Source of the DNA: Clostridia bacterium
GTDB lineage: Bacteria; Bacillota; Clostridia; UBA1212
Reading direction: 5' to 3'
NCBI GenBank assembly: GCA_017625675.1
Contig: JAGAKK010000052.1
Coordinates: 50,225-114,224, forward strand
Length of the DNA: 64,000 nucleotides
Shown here: positions 27,191 through 35,044 of the stretch, in pieces
How the letters are laid out: every line of letters starts with the position of its first letter
Position numbering within the stretch: position 1 is the first letter of the stretch
Position numbers and translations under genes: made by a program
Notes under the pieces: model-generated
Told to the model about the DNA's origin: nothing
Databases searched by the model: none
Seen by the model: only the letters and a program-made list of their open reading frames with translations

Positions 27191-29014
27191 TTATTTCATT
27201 AACTCCTCAACCATTTTCCTGTAGTTTTCCGTTTCGCCTTCGTAGGGATAGCGCTTCGCCACACGTTCAAATTCTGCCAGCTGCTTTTCCAAGGGCAAAA
27301 CACCCTTGGGCCACAAGCTCTCGTCACTTTCGTCCTTCCACAAAAAGCTCAATGCCGCTTGCATTGCCTGACAGCCCACGCTGTATTTTTTCATTGTCGC
27401 CGCATAAGCCTGAAGCTCCTTTGTCCAGAGTCTTGTCACCTTTTCCCTGTCCTTTGAGGTTATGGCTGTCAGTAGCAACTGCTCCATCTGAAGATCAATT
27501 TTCTGCAGCGGAACAAGATTTCCTTTGTTGATGATTTCCTCGACCTGCAAAAGCGCCTCCTCGTATTGCCCCAGGGACTCAAGGTGCGCAAATCTCAAAA
27601 GCGGAGCACCCACCGCCTGCAAATGAGAGCCGTAGTCAATGTTTGCAGGGACTGTTGTCACAGCCTCCGGAAGAGCATCAAGCCGGCCGCCTTCTGCCAG
27701 AAATGCCATAAAGTAAAGTTGCAGCCACAATGCATACTTTTCATCAGAATTTTTTATTACAACACGCAAATTGTACCCGTCCGTGGCCATTCCCGGATTG
27801 AAGGGATAGATGTTTGAAATGCCAAGGGAAATATTCAGTGCGGAAAACATTGCCGATAATACGAAAAGAGTACTGTGGGGTGTTGCTATCAGCGCCAATA
27901 CAGCAGCAGCCGCTCCGAAGATTATGTTCAGCAGTCCTCCGCCTAAGTTGTAGGCAATCACAGGCAAATTTTCGCTGTAGGCAGGAGGCTTCATAAGACA
28001 TTGCCCACCTGTGCCGGGTATGTTAAAGCGCTTTAAAGAGAACTTTCCGTTGCTTCTCACAAGGGTGATGCTTCCGATGCGAAAAGAAGAAAATTCATAG
28101 CCTGAAAGCAAGCCGAAAACAAGATGGCCGGCCTCATGGACTATTATTGACAACAGCGACAACACGATTACCGCGAAAAACATCAGAAACAACATAATAA
28201 GCGATGATAAAATGCTTTTGCTGAAAAGTTCGCCGTACTCGTTTGCGAAAAAGCCGCCGCAGAAGAAATAGCCTGCCAATTGAATGGCAAAAAATATAGT
28301 TTTGTGAATATTGCCTTTTTTCTTAGTTTTCTTCGGCGATTTTTTTACCATTTCTGCGCAGGGCTTCTCTTTTAAAACTTCAGAGGCAAAATACACCGTA
28401 AAATCAGGTCCCTCTGCCTGCATTTTCTCTCTGTCACCAAGACCGCAAAGTACGCCGCAGGAGCTTACTCCGGCCGCTTTTGCCGCCACAATATCCGCCG
28501 CCGAGTCACCTACCATTAACGTGTCCTCAGCAGAGACACCGCAAGCCTCCATACACTTTATTATCCCCTCAGGCGAAGGCTTCCTCTCACCAAGGTCCTC
28601 CGGACAGAAAATATGATCAAATAAATCATATATGCCAAATATCTTTAATGAGCGCTCCGTAACCCGCTTTGGCTTGTTGGTAAACATACACACAAATGCG
28701 CCTTTTGCCTTGAGGGCCTTCAGCATATCCTCTACTCCGCTGTAAAGCTTAGACTTGTCGGCGCAATGCTCGTAAAAGTATTCCTTGTACCAGGCTACGA
28801 CCGCTTTCAGCTTTGCCGCATCCCCATTGCCCGCACCTGTAACAGTGTGCTCGATAAGATACTCTGCGCCGTAGCCCACGAAGCTGAGGATATTTTTCTT
28901 GCCCCGTACCTTGCAAGCCTTAAAACGACGTTGGGCGGCCATTACAGCCGCCGCAATATCATCACCGGTGTCTGCAATAACCCCGTCAAAGTCAAAAACA
29001 TACAATTTTTTCAT
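27191..29014 (-). CDS. Fusion protein: HAD phosphatase (PGP-like) + site-2-protease-like (M50) membrane domain + helical C-terminal domain
   Basis: N-terminal VFDFDGVIADT and GDSAADIVAAKAAG. Several TM segments with HEAGHLVFG (HExxH) and NPGMATDGYN (xDG) motifs. Confidence 0.7.
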   Translation of the reverse strand: MKKLYVFDFDGVIADTGDDIAAAVMAAQRRFKACKVRGKKNILSFVGYGAEYLIEHTVTGAGNGDAAKLKAVVAWYKEYFYEHCADKSKLYSGVEDMLKALKAKGAFVCMFTNKPKRVTERSLKIFGIYDLFDHIFCPEDLGERKPSPEGIIKCMEACGVSAEDTLMVGDSAADIVAAKAAGVSSCGVLCGLGDREKMQAEGPDFTVYFASEVLKEKPCAEMVKKSPKKTKKKGNIHKTIFFAIQLAGYFFCGGFFANEYGELFSKSILSSLIMLFLMFFAVIVLSLLSIIVHEAGHLVFGLLSGYEFSSFRIGSITLVRSNGKFSLKRFNIPGTGGQCLMKPPAYSENLPVIAYNLGGGLLNIIFGAAAAVLALIATPHSTLFVLSAMFSALNISLGISNIYPFNPGMATDGYNLRVVIKNSDEKYALWLQLYFMAFLAEGGRLDALPEAVTTVPANIDYGSHLQAVGAPLLRFAHLESLGQYEEALLQVEEIINKGNLVPLQKIDLQMEQLLLTAITSKDREKVTRLWTKELQAYAATMKKYSVGCQAMQAALSFLWKDESDESLWPKGVLPLEKQLAEFERVAKRYPYEGETENYRKMVEELMK

Positions 29015-29019
29015 AATCG

Positions 29020-29973
29020 TTACTTAAACATTCCTTTTTTGTACAAAATAAACGCCACAATGCCGCAAATTACCAGAGTAATTGCCCCGATAATATAGAA
29101 TGCCCCCTGCACCGTTGCCAAGGGTAAATCGACAAAATTCATGCCAAAAAAACCTGATATCATGTTCGGGATAGCCATTATTATCGTTACCGCCGCCAGA
29201 AGCTTCATTACAATGTTCAGGTTGTTTGAAATGATAGATGCGGAGGTATCCATGATAATACTGAGATTACTGCTGTATATCGAGGTCATCTCAATGGCCT
29301 GCTTGTTTTCGATAATAGCATCCTCCAAAAGGTCCTCATCGTCCTCGTATTTTCGCACGTGAATATTTGGGTATGAATATTTGAGGATTCTCTCCAGCAC
29401 CGTCTCGTTTGATTTAAGGGACGTTGAGAAGTAAACCAAGGACTTTTCCAGGGACAAGAACATCACCAGCTCCTTGTTCTTTGTGGAACGAAGGAGGTCT
29501 TTCTCCAGGCTGTCACTGATCTTTTCGATCTGGCGCAGGCATTGGAGGTAGTTGGTGGCATTTCTGTACATTATCTGTAAAAGAAATCTTGTCTTCTTAT
29601 ATGTACTGAAGGTCTTTATACGGTTGCTGACAAAGTCCTGAATTACGCGGTTTTTCTTGAGGCAAACCGTTACCATGTGCTGAGGGCAAGCGATAATCGC
29701 CAAAGGCACAGTGGAGTAAATAAAGTTTCCGGAATTGTCAGGTTCGACGATGGCAACGTCAAGGATTACCAAGGTCTTTCCGTCCTCTGCCTCCACACGG
29801 GCTCTCTCCTCTTCGTCCAATGCGGCGGTAAGGAAGTCCATGGGAATGTCAAGCTCCTTTGATACAAGGCCGATCTCTTCCTCCGTGGGGTCAAACATAT
29901 CTATCCAGCTACCCTCGCGGAAAGTGGTTTCCTTTGTGAGGCAGCTCTCATCTGAATAATAAATTGAGTACAT
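29020..29973 (-). CDS. corA: CorA-family magnesium/cobalt transporter
   Basis: FFGMNF signature and two C-terminal TM helices; 317 aa. Confidence 0.88.
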   Translation of the reverse strand: MYSIYYSDESCLTKETTFREGSWIDMFDPTEEEIGLVSKELDIPMDFLTAALDEEERARVEAEDGKTLVILDVAIVEPDNSGNFIYSTVPLAIIACPQHMVTVCLKKNRVIQDFVSNRIKTFSTYKKTRFLLQIMYRNATNYLQCLRQIEKISDSLEKDLLRSTKNKELVMFLSLEKSLVYFSTSLKSNETVLERILKYSYPNIHVRKYEDDEDLLEDAIIENKQAIEMTSIYSSNLSIIMDTSASIISNNLNIVMKLLAAVTIIMAIPNMISGFFGMNFVDLPLATVQGAFYIIGAITLVICGIVAFILYKKGMFK

Positions 29974-29987
29974 TTTTCGGCACCCCC

Positions 29988-30377
29988 TTATTCATTATCT
30001 TCTGACTGTTTATTTTCTCCTTCCGGTTCCTGGGGTTTAGGTCTGTAAGAGCCTCCGTTTCTCCAAAGTCTCTCAATGTTGTAGAACTGGCGCTCCTCTT
30101 CAAGGAAAATGTGCACTACAACGTCAAGGAAATCCAGCAAGATCCAGCTTGCCGTTTCATATCCTTCAATGTGAGCGCACTTTACGCCCTCCTGCTCCAT
30201 CTTGAACTGCACCTCGTCTGCAATACCACGCACGTGGGTTGTTGAAGTACCGCTGGCGATAACGAAGTAATCAGTTACCACCGTAATATCCTTTATTTCG
30301 ATCTGCTCGATCCTTTTTCCTTTACGGTCGTCAATAATATTAACGATCTTGTCTGCCATAACTTTTGAATCCATCAT
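29988..30377 (-). CDS. rsfS: Ribosome silencing factor RsfS (iojap family)
   Basis: TDYFVIASGTSTTHVRGIADEV...WILLDFLDVVVHIF. ATGA overlap with nadD. Confidence 0.9.
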   Translation of the reverse strand: MMDSKVMADKIVNIIDDRKGKRIEQIEIKDITVVTDYFVIASGTSTTHVRGIADEVQFKMEQEGVKCAHIEGYETASWILLDFLDVVVHIFLEEERQFYNIERLWRNGGSYRPKPQEPEGENKQSEDNE

Positions 30378-31591
30378 AATTTTCCTCCGTTCTTAAGTAC
30401 TTGGACGGCCCAATTCCTTGTCCTGATGGTATTGACGTCAAGGGCTTCTCCCCTGTCAATAACAAGCGCCGCCGTCATGTCGCAGGCAAGCCTGATTGCG
30501 GCAACAATTCCGCGCTCCGAAAGCTCCGCCCGTATTTTATCAAAAAAGGCCCCCTCACGGTTTTCTTCGGTGAAATCAGAAATGAATACTATCTGCGCGA
30601 TAATACCCATCTCCGGCTGTCCCGTAACGTGACACGCCACCGCCTCCAAAACCTCAGGATCACTTACACCGTATCTTTTCTCAGCCAATATCTTTCCTGT
30701 AAAACCGTGAAGAACTCTGTGATTCACACCGCAATAAGGATCGCCGAAGCAATAATCCTCAAGCTTCACGTTCATCCAGTCAAGCTGGGCTTTCGTAAGA
30801 CACTTGGCACAGTCGTGCAAAAGACCGGCAAGGTAACATTTTTCCTCATCCGCGCCGAAAAGTTTTCCCAGACGCGCCGCCTCTTTTGCCACACCCAAAC
30901 TGTGGGTATATTTCTCCTCAGTGAGACGTTCCGAAAGGTCCGCCTTTATTAACTCTATTGAAACAGCCTCATCATAACGATAAAGTCTGTTTTTCACAAT
31001 ATATTCCGCAACGTTCTCCGGAACAAGGCCCTTTAAAGACTTGCCCTGGGATGCTGCCTCTCTTATTTCGGTAGAGGACACCTCGATAAGATCATCTTCT
31101 CTGTAGCATTCAACCTTTGCGCCGGAGGCCTTTGCCGCCGCAACTCTTTCGTTGTAGACGTTGTCATCCTCGCCGGGACGCTTTGCGGCAATGAACGTAC
31201 AAAGTTTATAAAGCTCCTCTGCTTCCTTCCACTTGTGAAGGCCGCCCACGGCATCAGTTCCCACAACGTAGTACACCTCAGCCCGTTCCTTGGGGTAGCT
31301 TTTTTCAAGTATTTCACGAAGCTCTCTGAGGGTATCCACCGTGTAGGTGTAGCCGCTCCTTTTAACCTCGCAATCCCACACAAAAAAGCCTTCCTTTCCC
31401 TCAGCGGCAAGCCTTGTCATATCAACGCGGGCTGCTCCGGGAGTCACTCTTGCGGCAATCTTGTGGGTAGGATTCCCCGCAGGAAGGAGTATCATATAAT
31501 CAAGAGAAAAAGCGGCCTTTATTTTTTCTGCTGCAAGGATATGACCGCAATGTATAGGGTCAAATGTTCCGCCCAGAATACCTATTCGCAT
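30374..31591 (-). CDS. nadD: Nicotinate-nucleotide adenylyltransferase NadD fused to YqeK-type HD phosphohydrolase
   Basis: ORF 30374..31627; start placed at MRIGILGGTFDPIHCGH (ATG 31591). SSTEIR motif. C-terminal HD domain THSLGV...LLHDCAK. Confidence 0.85.
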   Translation of the reverse strand: MRIGILGGTFDPIHCGHILAAEKIKAAFSLDYMILLPAGNPTHKIAARVTPGAARVDMTRLAAEGKEGFFVWDCEVKRSGYTYTVDTLRELREILEKSYPKERAEVYYVVGTDAVGGLHKWKEAEELYKLCTFIAAKRPGEDDNVYNERVAAAKASGAKVECYREDDLIEVSSTEIREAASQGKSLKGLVPENVAEYIVKNRLYRYDEAVSIELIKADLSERLTEEKYTHSLGVAKEAARLGKLFGADEEKCYLAGLLHDCAKCLTKAQLDWMNVKLEDYCFGDPYCGVNHRVLHGFTGKILAEKRYGVSDPEVLEAVACHVTGQPEMGIIAQIVFISDFTEENREGAFFDKIRAELSERGIVAAIRLACDMTAALVIDRGEALDVNTIRTRNWAVQVLKNGGKL

Positions 31592-31659
31592 ATTATCGCC
31601 GCCCCTTCCTCTTAAATTTTGTGTCAATTACTTATTTCTGATTCTGATTTCAGTTCATA

Positions 31660-33021
31660 TCAGTTTCTCAGACTGTGAATAGGCGCAGGAATTCTGCCGC
31701 CTCTTGCAATAAATGCATCGCTCTTGTAGGGATTTACAGGCATTACCGGGCCTGAACCCAGAAGTCCGCCAAACTCCACCACGTCGCCCTCTTTGAGTCC
31801 GGGGGCAGGGATAATTCTCACCGCTGTGGTCTTATTGTTTACCATACCGATGGCAACCTCGTCTGCGATAATTCCGGAAACGGTAGCCGCCGTAACGTCA
31901 CCGGGCACAACTATCATATCAAGACCAACGGAGCAAACGCAGGTCATTGCCTCCAGCTTCTCAAGGCACAAAGCGCCGGTCTTTACAGCCTCAATCATTC
32001 CCTCGTCCTCACTTACAGGGATAAAGGCACCGGAAAGTCCGCCAACGTGAGAGGATGCCATTACGCCGCCTTTTTTCACTGCATCGTTAAGGAGAGCAAG
32101 GGCCGCTGTCGTACCGGGAGCGCCGCAACGCTCCACACCCATCTCCTCGATAATTCTCGCTACGCTGTCGCCTACCGCCGGAGTGGGAGCAAGTGAAAGG
32201 TCTACGATACCAAACTGAGCTCCAAGCCTCTGGCTGGCTTCCTTTGCCACCAGCTGACCCATTCTTGTAATCTTGAACGCCGTTTTCTTAATCGTTTCTG
32301 CAAGTACTGTAAAGTCCTCGCCTTTAACCTTTTCAATAGCGCACTTTACAACGCCGGGGCCGCTTACGCCTACGTTAATTACGCACTCAGGCTCGCCTAC
32401 GCCGTGGAAAGCGCCTGCCATAAAGGGGTTGTCCTCGGGAGCATTGGCGAATACAACGATTCTCGCGCAAGAAGAGCCTCCCGTTTCAGCGGACATCTCC
32501 GCCGCCTTCTTAATAAGAACACCCATATCCCTTACCGCGTCCATATTGATGCCGGCCTTGGTAGTTCCCACGTTTACGCTGCAACAAATTCTTGAGGTTT
32601 CCATAAGAGCCTGAGGAATTGATGCGATAAGGGCCTTGTCGGCCTCTGTATATCCCTTGTGTACAAGAGCAGAATAACCGCCCAGGAAGTTTACGCCTGT
32701 ATTAACGGCAGCCTTTTCAAGGGTCTTGGCAAGCTCAACGCATTGCTCGGGAGTGGATCTTCCCACAAGAAGCGCCGCAGGGGTTATTGAAATTCTTTTA
32801 TTAACGATAGGGATACCCATTTCCCTCTCAATGGCCTCGCACTCAGGCACAAGGCGCTCTGCTTTGCGGCAGATTTTTTCATAAACTGCGTCACAGGTGT
32901 CCTTTATGTCAGCCCTTACGCAGTCAAGAAGATTTATACCCATTGTAACCGTTCTGATGTCAAGGTGTTCCTCCTGAATCATTCTTATGGTCTGGGCAAT
33001 TTCGTCAACGGAAATAAACAT
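31660..33021 (-). CDS. UPF0210 (DUF711) family protein
   Basis: N-terminus [23 protein letters not shown] is typical of the family. It has the usual pairing with an upstream small ACT protein. Confidence 0.75.
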   Translation of the reverse strand: MFISVDEIAQTIRMIQEEHLDIRTVTMGINLLDCVRADIKDTCDAVYEKICRKAERLVPECEAIEREMGIPIVNKRISITPAALLVGRSTPEQCVELAKTLEKAAVNTGVNFLGGYSALVHKGYTEADKALIASIPQALMETSRICCSVNVGTTKAGINMDAVRDMGVLIKKAAEMSAETGGSSCARIVVFANAPEDNPFMAGAFHGVGEPECVINVGVSGPGVVKCAIEKVKGEDFTVLAETIKKTAFKITRMGQLVAKEASQRLGAQFGIVDLSLAPTPAVGDSVARIIEEMGVERCGAPGTTAALALLNDAVKKGGVMASSHVGGLSGAFIPVSEDEGMIEAVKTGALCLEKLEAMTCVCSVGLDMIVVPGDVTAATVSGIIADEVAIGMVNNKTTAVRIIPAPGLKEGDVVEFGGLLGSGPVMPVNPYKSDAFIARGGRIPAPIHSLRN

Positions 33022-33038
33022 TACGCGTCACCTCCGCA

Positions 33039-33311
33039 TTAAATCTTGTGCATAGAGTTGAAAATCTCTGTGTTCTGGATCTGGATCTTCACGCCCAGCT
33101 CCTGACCAAGCTTCTGAAGGTCGTTGTGAATAACGTCAAAGGAGCTTGTGCTTGCGGAAATGTCCACCATGGTAATCATAGTGAAAACATTGTCCATAAT
33201 AGTCTGGCTGATGTCAAGAATATTTATGTTGTTTTCTGCAAGGTATGCGCTCACTTTCGCGATAATACCCATCCGGTCGCTTCCCAGCACTGTAATAATT
33301 GCTTTTGTCAT
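33039..33311 (-). CDS. ACT domain protein (UPF0237 family)
   Basis: 90 aa; ITVLGSDRMGIIAKVSAYLAENNINILDISQT. Confidence 0.8.
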   Translation of the reverse strand: MTKAIITVLGSDRMGIIAKVSAYLAENNINILDISQTIMDNVFTMITMVDISASTSSFDVIHNDLQKLGQELGVKIQIQNTEIFNSMHKI

Positions 33312-33379
33312 AATGTAAAATCCCTTCCTTATATCTTTGTGTCTTTATCATTATCTTTGTGTTATCAAAAACCTTGTCG

Positions 33380-34438
33380 TCACTCGCCAAGGCGCTTGAA
33401 TTTAATGTTGTTCGCCACGCATTCCTTCAGATATGACGCCAATGCATCGCTGATATTCTTTGACACCGTAAACTCAGGCACGGAACCCTCGTATGCGCCA
33501 CGCTCCCAGAGTCTCAGGGAAATAGTGGCAGAGTCTACGTCATTGTCGTCCCACTCCGCTTCATCAGAAACTGAAGTGTACGTTCTGAATACGATTTTAT
33601 AACCCAGCGTGTCGGCAACCTTGAGAGTACGTGCACTGAAGAAATCAGGTCTGTAAAAATCCATTCTCTCATTTTCACCGAAAAGCTTCTGATACTCTTT
33701 CTCAACCTCAAGCATACCTGCGGCAAATTCCTCTGCGGTCATATATGCAATATCCTCGCCGATAGGACCTCTTGTTCCGATAAGGTGACCCTCGCTCTTC
33801 ATTCTCTTCACGATCTCAGGGTTGTCCTGAATGTATTTTGCGGTAACGAAGAAGGAAGCCTTCACGTTGGAGCTCTTCAAGGCATCAAGAATTTTTCCGG
33901 TTTCACCGTAATCATAGTGAGTGGTAAATGTTACAAAAACTTCCCATTCGCTGTCAGAAGAGTTGTTTATGAAGATATAGTCCACATCTCCAATGTTTTT
34001 CTTCATGTTTTCATCAAAAACAGGAATGTTCTGACCGTTTCCGGAATCCTTCCAATATGACGTCCAATATGTGAAATCATTACTTATAGCTGCAAAATCG
34101 TCGTTTTTGATCTCAGGGAATTCTGCAGAATCTCCGGGCTTGTCCGTAGGCTCCTGAGAAGGCGCAACAGTAGCAGAGGGCGCAACAGTCCCTGTCGGTT
34201 CGCCTGAAGAAGAAGGGCTGTTGTCTGCAGATGCCGTTTCAGAAGGCGCTTCCGTAGCAGCCGGTTTCTGTGTCTTCACAGGGTCAATGGTACCGCCCAC
34301 AAGCACGTCCGTAGGCTCCGGATCTCCACCCTTAACAGTATCTTTTCCGAAAGCACCAACGGCAATCAGAACAGATGCAATAACAAACATAATAATAACT
34401 GTAATAAATTGACTCTTTTTCATTTGTGATATACGCAC
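33380..34438 (-). CDS. Membrane-anchored NodB/polysaccharide-deacetylase-like protein with divergent catalytic motifs
   Basis: N-terminal TM and P/T/S-rich linker. NodB-like core, but TFTTHYDYG replaces TFDDG and GHLIGTRG replaces H-[ST]-x-x-H. Confidence 0.5.
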   Translation of the reverse strand: MRISQMKKSQFITVIIMFVIASVLIAVGAFGKDTVKGGDPEPTDVLVGGTIDPVKTQKPAATEAPSETASADNSPSSSGEPTGTVAPSATVAPSQEPTDKPGDSAEFPEIKNDDFAAISNDFTYWTSYWKDSGNGQNIPVFDENMKKNIGDVDYIFINNSSDSEWEVFVTFTTHYDYGETGKILDALKSSNVKASFFVTAKYIQDNPEIVKRMKSEGHLIGTRGPIGEDIAYMTAEEFAAGMLEVEKEYQKLFGENERMDFYRPDFFSARTLKVADTLGYKIVFRTYTSVSDEAEWDDNDVDSATISLRLWERGAYEGSVPEFTVSKNISDALASYLKECVANNIKFKRLGE

Positions 34439-34531
34439 CCTTTCATAAAAAATAAGTGTGATTTCAAAACATCATAATACAATTTAATTCTACCATAATA
34501 TAAAGACCCTTGGCAAGCAAAAAATATAGGG

Positions 34532-34621
34532 TGAGTCAGGGACCTGCCCCCTGACTCATCGGGCGCGAAGCCTTACGGGGAAACGGTTTTTAAAAAAACC
34601 AGTAGCACTTCGGTTCCGCAG
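34532..34621 (+). repeat. Modular TGAGTCA-palindrome element, copy B2 (forward)
   Basis: Palindrome TGAGTCAGGGACCTGCCCCCTGACTCA at 34532..34558. Module 2 is GCGAAGCCTTACGGGGAAACGGTTT. Module 3 is GTAGCACTTCGGTTCCGCAG. Confidence 0.85.
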
Positions 34622-34699
34622 AATACCCCCGGCGCAGCATAATTTACTTGACAAAAGTTGTTTATTATGGTATTTTTGACATTGTGAACTGAATAATGT

Positions 34700-34990
34700 A
34701 TCAAAAAGGCATTGACGGAGAAAGTAGCCGCAGTTGAAAACTACAGCGAGCAGGTGGCAGTGAAAGACCTGTGTGAGTATGGTTGCGAAGCGAAGATCAC
34801 TCCTGAGCCGCAGCGCGAAAGTTCTGTTATCGTGGTATTGGCGCCCCGAAAAAGAATTATTAGCGCCCGCCGGAATCCCTCCGTGAAAGGGACTCATGTG
34901 TTAGCATGCAGCAAGGGTGGTACAGCGAGAATATTAACGGATTTTCGTCCCGAGCGCAATTGCATCGTAGGAGACGAAGGTCCTTTTTTG
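34700..34990 (+). promoter_or_regulatory. T-box riboswitch leader (Ile specifier AUC) controlling ileS
   Basis: Stem I GGAGAAAGTAGC and CAGCGAGCAGGTGGCAGTGAAAG. Specifier GAAG-ATC-A at 34796-34798. T-box sequence AAGGGTGGTACAGCGAG at 34913..34929. Terminator GGATTTTCGTCCCG...GGAGACGAAGGTCC followed by TTTTTTG (34938..34990). TTGACA hexamers at 34648 and 34676. Confidence 0.85.
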
Positions 34991-35044
34991 TTACATTAAA
35001 TCAGAAAAAATTACTAAAACAATATTTACAAAGGAAGGTGCTTT

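Noticed and set aside
34556-34897. 113-aa minus-strand ORF
   Set aside because: It spans the B2 repeat and the ileS T-box leader. The region is explained by the non-coding features.
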